53,542 nucleotides of DNA from Rhodoluna sp. Its GTDB lineage: Bacteria; Actinomycetota; Actinomycetes; Actinomycetales; Microbacteriaceae. Both the position numbers and the translations under genes were made by a program. Shown here in pieces: positions 29,944-38,417 of this stretch. The stretch covers positions 1 through 53,542 of the forward strand of contig JBBAML010000004.1 in the NCBI GenBank assembly GCA_040402515.1, in the 5' to 3' direction. Each line of letters starts with the position of its first letter. Within the stretch, counting starts at the first letter, position 1. Below the pieces are notes generated by a model. It had not been told where the DNA came from and made no database searches. It saw nothing but the letters and a program-made list of their open reading frames with translations.

Positions 29944-29969
29944 GGCGAGCACTTACCTAAACTGGTTCT

Positions 29970-31613
29970 TTACTTGCTAGCTTCGATAGCTTTCTTTACT
30001 TCTGCTTCAATCTCGTGGTTGTGATGAGCTGCCTCATCAATCTCGGTTTGAGTAGCAGGGGAGATGCGGTCTTCGAAGTAGAACTTAGAAAGCGATGCAC
30101 GGATTCTGCTTGAGAAGGTGATCTTTCCCTGAGCGTTTGGTCTAGCAAGGGTTGGCTTGTAATCCTTGAAGTCAACCAACTTGTATAGGTCGTGAGGCTC
30201 TAATGCCTCGTGAACTTCAATGTATTCACCGTGCGGTAGTCGAACGATACGCCCAGATTCTCTACCGTGAATTGCAATCTCGCGATCCTTGCGCTGAAGT
30301 GCTAGACACATGCGTTTCGTTACGAAGAAGGCCACGAACGGAAGAACTATGAGTGCAATTTGCATGGAGACTAGAACCTGGTTCAGCGACATCTTGAAGT
30401 TAGTAGCAATCAAGTCTGTGCTCGCACCTGCCCATAGAACTGCGTAGAACATCACACCAGCAGCACCGATAGCAGTTCTAGTTGGGGCGTTACGAGGGCG
30501 GTCAAGAACGTGGTGTTCTCTCTTGTCACCGGTGACCCAGTTTTCAATGAATGGGTAGACAGCAACGACTGCAAGGAAAACCAAGCTGACAACCAAAGGA
30601 AGAAGAATGTTGGTTGAGACTGTGTAGTCGCCAATCATGAACTCGATACCTGTTGGAGCAAGACGTAGCGCACCGTCCAACCAGCCGATGTACCAGTCAG
30701 GTTGAGTACCAGCTGAAACAGGGGATGGGTCATAGCCACCGTAGTTCCAAATTGGGTTGATTGTGAAGAATGTTGCGATCAACATAATTGCACCGAAGAC
30801 GATGAAGAAGAAGCCACCAGCCTTCGCTACGTAAACAGGCATTAGAGGGTAACCAACTACGTTGGTGTCTTTCTTACCAGGACCTGAGTAGTGAGTGTGC
30901 TTGTGAATTACTAGCATGAACAAGTGCAGAGCTAAGAAGACAAGAATCAAAGCTGGCACAAGCATGATGTGCAGGCTGTATAGTCTTCCAACGATTGCAG
31001 TTCCAGGGAACTCTCCGCCGAACAAACCTGCTGAGATTGAGGTTCCAACGAATGGGACACCCTTCATCATTCCGTCAATAATTCTCAGACCGTTACCTGA
31101 AAGAAGATCATCTGGGAGTGAATAACCGGTGAAACCAGCTGCCATACCAAGAACGAAAAGAACGAAACCGACAACCCAGTTCAATTCACGTGGCTTACGG
31201 AAAGCACCGGTGAAGAAAACTCTAAGCATGTGAAGACCCGCAGCGGCAACAAATAGCAGAGCTGACCAGTGGTGAACTTGACGCATCAAAAGTCCACCGC
31301 GAACTTCAAAGCTGATGTCGAGGCTTGAAGAGTACGCGACAGACATGTGCGCACCCTTTAGAGGAGCGTAAGAACCTTCGTAAATGGTTTCAGCCATTGA
31401 AGGGTCGAAGAAGAAGGTTAGGAATGTTCCTGAGAGTAGAAGCACTAGGAATGAATACAGTGCAACTTCACCAAGCATGAACGACCAGTGGTCTGGGAAG
31501 ATCTTGCGGCCAAACTCCTTTAGGATTCCAGCTACACCGACACGCTCGTCCATGTAGTTGGCAGTTCCAGCTAGGAAACCATTCTTTTTTGGGGTAGCAG
31601 TTGCGTTAGACAT
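29970..31613 (-). CDS. qcrB: Cytochrome bcc complex cytochrome b
   Basis: FPDHWSF.LGE, RQVHHW, FFTGAFRKPRE, TGYSLPDD and QPDWY motifs. Confidence 0.98.
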   Translation of the reverse strand: MSNATATPKKNGFLAGTANYMDERVGVAGILKEFGRKIFPDHWSFMLGEVALYSFLVLLLSGTFLTFFFDPSMAETIYEGSYAPLKGAHMSVAYSSSLDISFEVRGGLLMRQVHHWSALLFVAAAGLHMLRVFFTGAFRKPRELNWVVGFVLFVLGMAAGFTGYSLPDDLLSGNGLRIIDGMMKGVPFVGTSISAGLFGGEFPGTAIVGRLYSLHIMLVPALILVFLALHLFMLVIHKHTHYSGPGKKDTNVVGYPLMPVYVAKAGGFFFIVFGAIMLIATFFTINPIWNYGGYDPSPVSAGTQPDWYIGWLDGALRLAPTGIEFMIGDYTVSTNILLPLVVSLVFLAVVAVYPFIENWVTGDKREHHVLDRPRNAPTRTAIGAAGVMFYAVLWAGASTDLIATNFKMSLNQVLVSMQIALIVLPFVAFFVTKRMCLALQRKDREIAIHGRESGRIVRLPHGEYIEVHEALEPHDLYKLVDFKDYKPTLARPNAQGKITFSSRIRASLSKFYFEDRISPATQTEIDEAAHHNHEIEAEVKKAIEASK

Positions 31614-32674
31614 TACTTGACACTCCTATCCCAGAATGACGGACCAACAGGTTCGTGGAAATCGCTTTGAGCAATTAGATATCCTTCAGCATCGACGGTG
31701 ATTGGAAGTTGAGGAAGAGCTCTAGTTGCAGGACCGAAGACAACCTTGCAACCATCTACAAGATCGAATGTTGACTGGTGACATGGGCAGAGTAGGTGAT
31801 GAGTGTGCTGCTCGTATAGAGCAACTGGGCAACCTACGTGAGTACAAATCTTTGAGTAAGCAACGATTCCTTGGTAGGACCAGCTAGCGCGTTCTTCGGT
31901 TTCAATAAGTTCACTCGGATCAACCCGTACTAGAAGGACAGCAGCCTTAGCCTTTTCCTCTAGGTAACCGTGTTCGCCAGGCATAAGACCTTCAGGGACT
32001 ACGTGGTAAACAGATCCGATGGTGACATCTGAAGCCTTGATTGGGCGACCGTTCGGGTCTCTAGCTAGACGAGTACCTGGTCTCCACGCTGTGTGACGAA
32101 GCTTGTCATTAACGCTAGGACCTAGGTCGCCAAAAATAATCAAACCAGGAAGTGGGAAAAGAGCAAGTGCTCCATAAAGAGTTCTTCTGATTAGTTTTCT
32201 TCTACTAAAACCAGACTCTTGGTTTGCAAGGTTGATGATTTCAATTGCAGCTGCTCGCTTCTCATCTGAGCCACGAGTTAGGTGACGCTCTTCAGAAACT
32301 TCGTTGTCAGGCATTAGTGTCTTAGCCCAGTGAACTGCACCGACACCAATACCAAATAAACCAAAGGTAATTCCTAGGCCCAGGAACAAAGTATTCAAAC
32401 GAACACTGTTCATGTCTCCTAGAACAATAGGGAAGGCAAAGTAAGAGTAAAGAGCAAAAGCGCTGCCGAGCATTGAGACAACGAAAAGAAGTGTTACTTG
32501 ACGAACAGCGTTCTTCTCATGCTTCACACTCTGGTCAGTCATGCGGACACGGTGTGGCTCTAAGCCCGGATCTTTAACTGCGTCCTCGTGGATAACTCTT
32601 AGACCAGTTTCGTATTCGTGCTCTGAGTAACGACTGTCAACCTGTTTTACCAAGTCTTTTGAATCTTCGCTCAC
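31613..32674 (-). CDS. qcrA: Cytochrome bcc complex Rieske protein
   Basis: CTHVGC and CPCHQS Rieske ligands; three TMs with internal twin-arginine SRRKLI. Confidence 0.98.
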   Translation of the reverse strand: MSEDSKDLVKQVDSRYSEHEYETGLRVIHEDAVKDPGLEPHRVRMTDQSVKHEKNAVRQVTLLFVVSMLGSAFALYSYFAFPIVLGDMNSVRLNTLFLGLGITFGLFGIGVGAVHWAKTLMPDNEVSEERHLTRGSDEKRAAAIEIINLANQESGFSRRKLIRRTLYGALALFPLPGLIIFGDLGPSVNDKLRHTAWRPGTRLARDPNGRPIKASDVTIGSVYHVVPEGLMPGEHGYLEEKAKAAVLLVRVDPSELIETEERASWSYQGIVAYSKICTHVGCPVALYEQHTHHLLCPCHQSTFDLVDGCKVVFGPATRALPQLPITVDAEGYLIAQSDFHEPVGPSFWDRSVK

Positions 32675-32688
32675 TTTAATCTTTCTGA

Positions 32689-33480
32689 CTAGTTTGACTT
32701 AGCGCCAAGCCATACGGTGATGGCAACAATTAATCCGAGTAAACCTAACCAAGCCAATAGTCCTTCGACTACAGGGCCAAGGTTGCCTAGCTCTTCACCA
32801 CCGACCGATCTGTTGTTCTGCAAGTAGGTCAGGTAGGTGATGATGTCGTTCTTTTCTTCAGGGGTGATGTTTGCATCGTTGAATACAGGCATGTTCTGTG
32901 GGCCTGTAACCATAGCTTCGTAAATAGTTTTAGCTGAAGACTTCATTAGGTTCGGAGCATATTTACCTTCAGTTAGAGCTCCACCTGCTCCACCTGCGTT
33001 GTGACACATTGCACAGTTAATTCTGAAGAGTTCTCCACCGATATTTGGGTCACCGTTTGCCTGTAGGTAAGCAGCATCTGGGATACCAGGGCCATCGGCA
33101 AGTGAGCCGATGTATGCAGCCATTGCAGCAATCTGTTCTTCATTGAACTGCACAGGCTTAACTTCTAGCTGAGGGCCGCTAGCAGCACCAGGCATACGAC
33201 CTGTTGAAACTTGGAAATCAACTGAGGCTTCGCCAACACCGATAAGACTCGGAGCGTTAGCAGTTCCTTCAGCATTCTTACCGTGACAAGAAGAACAGTT
33301 TGAGAGGAACAACTTCTTACCTAAAGCAATTTCCTCAGCGGTGTGAACTGCTTGACCCTTAGGGGAGACCGCTGCGTTAACCGCTGTGTATCCGGTGCCA
33401 ACTGCTAGCAGGCCAGCAAATAAGACGATTCCCAAGGCCATTGGGCTTCGGCGCATACCGTTTATCTTCTTTTTGATCAT
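32689..33480 (-). CDS. qcrC: Diheme cytochrome cc
   Basis: Two CxxCH motifs (CSSCH, CAMCH), GRMP and GPQNMP. Confidence 0.97.
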   Translation of the reverse strand: MIKKKINGMRRSPMALGIVLFAGLLAVGTGYTAVNAAVSPKGQAVHTAEEIALGKKLFLSNCSSCHGKNAEGTANAPSLIGVGEASVDFQVSTGRMPGAASGPQLEVKPVQFNEEQIAAMAAYIGSLADGPGIPDAAYLQANGDPNIGGELFRINCAMCHNAGGAGGALTEGKYAPNLMKSSAKTIYEAMVTGPQNMPVFNDANITPEEKNDIITYLTYLQNNRSVGGEELGNLGPVVEGLLAWLGLLGLIVAITVWLGAKSN

Positions 33481-33501
33481 CTGGGTAATTGTGCCTTCTG
33501 G

Positions 33502-34119
33502 TTATTTCAGTACGTAAATAATTAGGAAAAGACCGATCCAAACTACGTCCACGAAGTGCCAGTAGTAAGAGACCACGATTGCTGCTGTTGCCTCTTTGTG
33601 TCCGAATTTAACGGCTGCAAAGCTCCTACCAATAACGAATAGGAAGGCAATCAAACCACCGGTTACGTGTAGAGCGTGGAAACCAGTTGTGATGTAGAAA
33701 GAAGAACCATAGCTGTTGCTATCTAGGGAAACACCCTCGCTAATCAGCGTTGCATACTCCCAAACCTGACCTGAAACGAAGATTGCACCGAGGATGTAAC
33801 TGAGGATGAACCACTCAACCATTCCCCATTTGAAAGGTGACTTGCCTGTAGCGCGAGGCTGCATTCTCTCAGCAGCAAACACACCGAACTGGGCGGTGAA
33901 CGAAGAAGCCACAAGAATCAAGGTGTTTACAAGGGCAAACGGGATGTTTAGCTTCTCTGTATCAGCTTCCCAGATCTCGGGTGAGTTCGCTCTAAGGCTG
34001 AAATACATGGCAAATAGAGCTGCGAAGAACATAACTTCGCTACCAAGCCAGACGATAGTTCCCACCGAAGTGGAACTAGGACGGTGAATTTGACCGTGAG
34101 CTAGGGGAGCAGTTGTCAT
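33502..34119 (-). CDS. ctaE: Cytochrome oxidase subunit III
   Basis: [17 protein letters not shown] and YWHFVDVVW motifs. Confidence 0.97.
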   Translation of the reverse strand: MTTAPLAHGQIHRPSSTSVGTIVWLGSEVMFFAALFAMYFSLRANSPEIWEADTEKLNIPFALVNTLILVASSFTAQFGVFAAERMQPRATGKSPFKWGMVEWFILSYILGAIFVSGQVWEYATLISEGVSLDSNSYGSSFYITTGFHALHVTGGLIAFLFVIGRSFAAVKFGHKEATAAIVVSYYWHFVDVVWIGLFLIIYVLK

Positions 34120-34222
34120 GCTCCAATTCTACATTCCCAAATCGTTATAAACGCTGAGAACGCCCGATGTTGTGCTGATTAAATACACATTTTTCAAAGA
34201 GTTAGAGGGCTAAACTGAAGCA

Positions 34223-35296
34223 ATGAATGACGAACTGAGCTGGAAGTCAATTTTAGGTAAGCTCGTTGCTGCCGAGGATCTAACTCATGAGCAAGCAGAC
34301 TGGGCTATTCGTCAGATTATTTCAGCTGAAGCAACCCCGGCACAGGTCGGCGGCTTTCTTCTAGCCATTCGTGAAAAGGGCGAAAGTGTCACAGAGTTGA
34401 GCGCTTTCGTTGACGTCTTACTGGAACATTCAGTCAAGCCACCTCTGTCTAACGATGCAATTGACATCGTTGGTACCGGGGGAGATCAGCTTGGAACAGT
34501 AAACATTTCAAGTATGGCTGCGATCCTGGCCGCTTCCGCTGGTTACCCAGTGCTCAAGCATGGTTCTAGGTCAGCCTCCGGTAAAACTGGCTCTTCGGAG
34601 ATGCTGGAATCTCTGGGTATCAACCTGAACCTCAGCCCAGATCAGTTGGGTCAAGTATTCAAAAAGACAGGGATATCGTTCTTCTTTGCCCCGCTTTTCC
34701 ATCCAGCTCTAAGGAATGTAGGGCAAATCCGTAAAGAACTGGGCATCCCAACAACTTTCAACTATCTAGGCCCATTAGCTAACCCAGTCCAGCCTGTGGC
34801 CACAGCACTTGGAGTGGCAAATTCTTCAGTTGCACCGCTATTAGCGGCTGAAATGGCCAGCAGAGGGCGAACAGCACTAGTTTTTAGGGGTTCCGACGGA
34901 TTAGATGAACTAACTACCACCGGAACAAGCAAAATTTGGGTAGTTTCAGGCTCAAAAGTTACCGAAACTGAGCTAAATCCAACAGATTTGGGCATTGAGT
35001 TAGCAACTGTGGCCCAGTTGATAGGCGGAGATGCCGCTGAAAATGCTCAGGTAGCAAGGGTTGTTCTAGATCCAGAAACCAAGTTAACAGGGGAGCAGCA
35101 GGCTATTCGAGACATCGTTGCACTGAATGCCTCCGCTGGCATCGCAGCCTACGAGCTGCACAAGAACCCAAATGGTTTTGACCTGCATGATGAACTGACT
35201 AAAGCTCTAGCTAAAACCAGATCAGCAATAGCAAACGGCGATGCTCTGGCGAAACTCAACCAGTGGGTGAGTGCAAGCCAGGAATTCGGAGAATAG
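34223..35296 (+). CDS. trpD: Anthranilate phosphoribosyltransferase
   Basis: DIVGTGGD, NISS, KHG.RS.S, PT.FN.LGPL.NP and DGLDE motifs. Confidence 0.97.
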   Translation: MNDELSWKSILGKLVAAEDLTHEQADWAIRQIISAEATPAQVGGFLLAIREKGESVTELSAFVDVLLEHSVKPPLSNDAIDIVGTGGDQLGTVNISSMAAILAASAGYPVLKHGSRSASGKTGSSEMLESLGINLNLSPDQLGQVFKKTGISFFFAPLFHPALRNVGQIRKELGIPTTFNYLGPLANPVQPVATALGVANSSVAPLLAAEMASRGRTALVFRGSDGLDELTTTGTSKIWVVSGSKVTETELNPTDLGIELATVAQLIGGDAAENAQVARVVLDPETKLTGEQQAIRDIVALNASAGIAAYELHKNPNGFDLHDELTKALAKTRSAIANGDALAKLNQWVSASQEFGE

Positions 35297-35319
35297 GTTC
35301 TCTGAGCCAATAAAACATT

Positions 35320-35347
35320 ACTTGACATAATGTTCATTATCGGCACA
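35320..35347 (-). other. dif: XerCD chromosome dimer resolution site (dif)
   Basis: Minus strand TGTGCCGATAA-TGAACA-TTATGTCAAGT: 11-6-11 layout resembling E. coli GGTGCGCATAA-TGTATA-TTATGTTAAAT; intergenic between convergent genes. Confidence 0.9.
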
Positions 35348-35352
35348 TTCTA

Positions 35353-35820
35353 TTACTGGAGGTTAGCCTCAAGCCATTTAGGTAGCTCATGGGGTGCTAC
35401 GAGTTCTCCGGAGTTTAAAAGATCTGCAACCTTCCACCAACGAACCTCTAGAACGTCTCTGAGTTCATCTTGAGTGAAACCTGATGTATCGGGTTTGAAT
35501 GTTTCAATCTGAAGTTTGTAAATCGTATCTGTGTAGGTATGACTATGAATTCCGTCACCCCACAGCCAGGTGCCAGATGCAATCAGAATTGGCTCACCAA
35601 GAACCTCAGGTTCGATGACCATCCCTGTCTCCTCAAAGAGCTCTCTAACTGCTGCCTCGAGTTCAGTTTCACCTGCATCAATGCCTCCACCAGGAGTAAG
35701 CCATCTAGGAGGCAGTTCAACCTCAGGATCGAAGTGGGTCTTGAACATTAGGACTTCATTTGCTGGGTTCACCAGCAAAACTCTGGCTGTTGGGCGGTGC
35801 TTTACGTGAATTTTCTCCAT
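35353..35820 (-). CDS. NUDIX hydrolase
   Basis: Nudix box GGIDAGETELEAAVRELFEETG; start moved to ATG 35820. Confidence 0.92.
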   Translation of the reverse strand: MEKIHVKHRPTARVLLVNPANEVLMFKTHFDPEVELPPRWLTPGGGIDAGETELEAAVRELFEETGMVIEPEVLGEPILIASGTWLWGDGIHSHTYTDTIYKLQIETFKPDTSGFTQDELRDVLEVRWWKVADLLNSGELVAPHELPKWLEANLQ

Positions 35821-35827
35821 TTGGTGC

Positions 35828-36451
35828 CTATTCCCCAGGTTTTTGTGGTTTTTTCGGGTCAAAACCAAAGATTTTCATAGATATTTGCAGTAAATAGCCG
35901 ATTCCAACTGCAAAAAGCAATGTTCCAAGCCCAACGGTACCGCCCAGAAGCCAGCCAGTGACCAGAACTAACCCTTCGATCAGAGTTCTCATAAGCCAGA
36001 ACGGCCAACCAGAGACTCTAGTTAGACCCACCACAAGGCCATCTCGAGGTCCTCCCCCTAGATTTGCAGAAATATATAACCCCAAACCAACAGAGCAAAT
36101 CAGTAGACCAGTGATCAGCCAAACGAGCTGGGACCCGAAATTGGGCATCTCAGGGACAAGAGGTCTATTTAGATCTGCGAAAGGGCCGATTGTGAAGGCG
36201 TTGACTATGGTTCCAACTCCAGGTCTCTGCCGTATCGGAATCCAGAAGAGTAAAACCACGACACTTATGCAAGAGGCCGCTAATGCAAAACTCCAACCAG
36301 TCTGGTTCTGAATTCCTTGAGTCAAGACATCCCAGGGTGGGACTCCCAACCCGGTATGAATCATGATAGCTAGTCCGAGACCCACTAGATACAGTCCAAA
36401 GATAAGCCGGAATAAGGCTTTGCCTGTGGCTATAGTCAGTCTGGAGGGCAC
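35828..36451 (-). CDS. YczE/YyaS/YitT family membrane protein
   Basis: LGVPPWDVL..G, PG.GT..N, A.LG.GPRDGL and GWLLGG..G.GT motifs; GTG start 7 nt after a TAGGCT -10 element. Confidence 0.88.
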   Translation of the reverse strand: MPSRLTIATGKALFRLIFGLYLVGLGLAIMIHTGLGVPPWDVLTQGIQNQTGWSFALAASCISVVVLLFWIPIRQRPGVGTIVNAFTIGPFADLNRPLVPEMPNFGSQLVWLITGLLICSVGLGLYISANLGGGPRDGLVVGLTRVSGWPFWLMRTLIEGLVLVTGWLLGGTVGLGTLLFAVGIGYLLQISMKIFGFDPKKPQKPGE

Positions 36452-36498
36452 GACCACTAGCCTATCCCCTCGCCTATTTTGACTCAGCCAGGACCGAC

Positions 36499-37257
36499 AT
36501 GCAGAAACATCCATACTTCAGCACAGACAAGGTAATTGTCCTAGCGCATCGAGGTGGTACTGAGCCCACAGAGAACACTATTCAAGCAATCACCCAAGCC
36601 CTTAGAGCCGGCGCAGACGTTATCGAGACCGATATCCAAGCAACTAGCGATGGCGTAGCTGTCCTGTTCCATGACGACTCCATTGAACGTCTAACTGAGA
36701 AAAAGTTACGTGTTGCAGATCTTGAGTGGGCAGAACTTTCAAAAATCGATTTAGCCGGAGGAACTCGGGTAGCTTCTCTGGAAGATGCCCTAAGAACATT
36801 TCCGCAAACTAGATTCAACATCGATGTGAAGGCAGAAGGAGCAATCGACAACCTGGTTCATGTCGTTGAGAGCATCAAAGCGCACGATCGAGTTCTAGTT
36901 TCAAGCTTCAGTAACAATCGCAGGCTGAAAGCTCTAAAACGCTTCAGTCGACCAGTTGCAACTTCTGCAAGTGCCTCTGGAGTTCTAAAGACTTGGTTTT
37001 ACTGTTTCATTGGGGTTTCGACAAAAAGACTCTCAAAATCACTAGAAGGTATCGGCGCACTTCAGATTCCAAGACACTTCAAGTTTCTGAGGCTCGACAC
37101 TCCAAGGTTTATTAGACAGGTCAAGGCAACCGGAACTCTGATTCACTACTGGACCATCAACGAGCCTGAAGAAATTATTGAACTCGCCCGCCTCGGTGCT
37201 TCTGGAATAGTCACAGATGTGCCAGAGTTAGCAGTTCAAACCCTGAGAAAAGCCTGA
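36499..37257 (+). CDS. Glycerophosphodiester phosphodiesterase
   Basis: AHRG, ENT, IETD, FHD, NIDVK, SSF, WTIN and GIVTD motifs. Confidence 0.93.
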   Translation: MQKHPYFSTDKVIVLAHRGGTEPTENTIQAITQALRAGADVIETDIQATSDGVAVLFHDDSIERLTEKKLRVADLEWAELSKIDLAGGTRVASLEDALRTFPQTRFNIDVKAEGAIDNLVHVVESIKAHDRVLVSSFSNNRRLKALKRFSRPVATSASASGVLKTWFYCFIGVSTKRLSKSLEGIGALQIPRHFKFLRLDTPRFIRQVKATGTLIHYWTINEPEEIIELARLGASGIVTDVPELAVQTLRKA

Positions 37258-37260
37258 GTC

Positions 37261-37276
37261 TGTGAATTAGTTCACA
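37261..37276. promoter_or_regulatory. CRP/GlxR-type binding site upstream of rbpA
   Basis: Perfect TGTGA-ATTAGT-TCACA in the 78-bp intergenic region. Confidence 0.65.
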
Positions 37277-37335
37277 ACATTTTCGCTTCTATCTAATGAG
37301 ATCAACTTTGCCTCACCTAACGTTAGGAACGAAAC

Positions 37336-37707
37336 ATGTCACAGCAACCAATGCGAGGGTCAAGACTCGGTTCAGAGAGCTTTGAGCAAGACACAAACAA
37401 GCACCTCTCCCCTAGACAGACCTGTTCCTATCGTTGTGCGAACGATCACATTACCGAAATGATTTTTTCTGCAGATGCAGAAATTCCAGTTGCCTGGAGT
37501 TGTAAGCAGTGTCCACTGGAAGGCGCTCTTCTTGATGTTGAAGGAAAGCAAGCTTTTGAGACTGAGTTGCCAAAGGCACCTAGAACACATTTTGAGATGT
37601 TGCTTGAACGCAGATCGAGAGAGGAACTAGAAGAACTGCTGACTGAACGTCTCGGTGAACTCAAAGCTCGTAGAGCACGCGGTCAGGCAGACGCAACAAA
37701 CAGTTAA
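37336..37707 (+). CDS. rbpA: RNA polymerase-binding protein RbpA
   Basis: MRGSRLG, Y.C...H, AEIP..W.C..C and RTHFEMLLERRS.EELEELL.ERL motifs. Confidence 0.95.
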   Translation: MSQQPMRGSRLGSESFEQDTNKHLSPRQTCSYRCANDHITEMIFSADAEIPVAWSCKQCPLEGALLDVEGKQAFETELPKAPRTHFEMLLERRSREELEELLTERLGELKARRARGQADATNS

Positions 37708-38417
37708 CCTCTTCGGGTAATTCTCCGGAAACCTAACTTGGTCATCAGGATCAAAGCTTCGCGCACGATATCTGAACTCATTTTCGAATCCCCAATTTCA
37801 CGCTCGACAAATGTTATTGGGACTTCGGCAGTTCTAACTCCAGCCTGGAGAGTTTTGTATGCCATCTCTATCTGGAATGAGTATCCACGAGCGTTAATTG
37901 AACTTAGATCGAGCGACTTCAGGAAGCTAGTTCTAAACACTCTGTATCCAGCGGTCATGTCGTTTAGTTTTCCTCCGAGCATCACTCGTGCGTAGAGGTT
38001 TCCTCCTCTAGACAGTATTTGTCTGTGCAGGGGCCAGTTTTGGGTCTTGCCTCCTCGAACATATCTGGAACCGATAACTAATTCATTCTCGGTAGCTGCT
38101 GCCAGGAGCAGAGGAAGGTCCTGAGCTCGGTGGCTCCCGTCCGCATCCATTTCAACGATGAAGTCATAGTCCTTAGTGAAGGCCCAGTTGAACCCAGCAA
38201 TGTATGCAGCGCCTAGACCGTCTTTGCCTTTTCGGTGCAGAACGTTAATTCTCTTGTCAGCTTTTGCAAGTTCATCAGCAATTTCACCAGTTCCATCTGG
38301 GCTGGAGTCATCAACTATAAGTAGATCAACATCTGGGTTCTCTAAGAACAATCGAGAGACAGCTCCCCTAATATTTCCTGACTCATTGTATGTCGGAGTA
38401 ATTACTAAAGTCTTCAA
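37704..38417 (-). CDS. ppm1: Polyprenol monophosphomannose synthase (GT2)
   Basis: PTYNE, VDDSSPDGT, MDADGSH, GSRY, GYSFQIE and FVER..G.SKM motifs; coupled to lnt. Confidence 0.92.
   Translation of the reverse strand: MKTLVITPTYNESGNIRGAVSRLFLENPDVDLLIVDDSSPDGTGEIADELAKADKRINVLHRKGKDGLGAAYIAGFNWAFTKDYDFIVEMDADGSHRAQDLPLLLAAATENELVIGSRYVRGGKTQNWPLHRQILSRGGNLYARVMLGGKLNDMTAGYRVFRTSFLKSLDLSSINARGYSFQIEMAYKTLQAGVRTAEVPITFVEREIGDSKMSSDIVREALILMTKLGFRRITRRG

Noticed and set aside
34170-34192. TGTG...CACA in the ctaE-trpD spacer as a CRP site
   Set aside because: Half-site spacing is 11 nt rather than the required 8.
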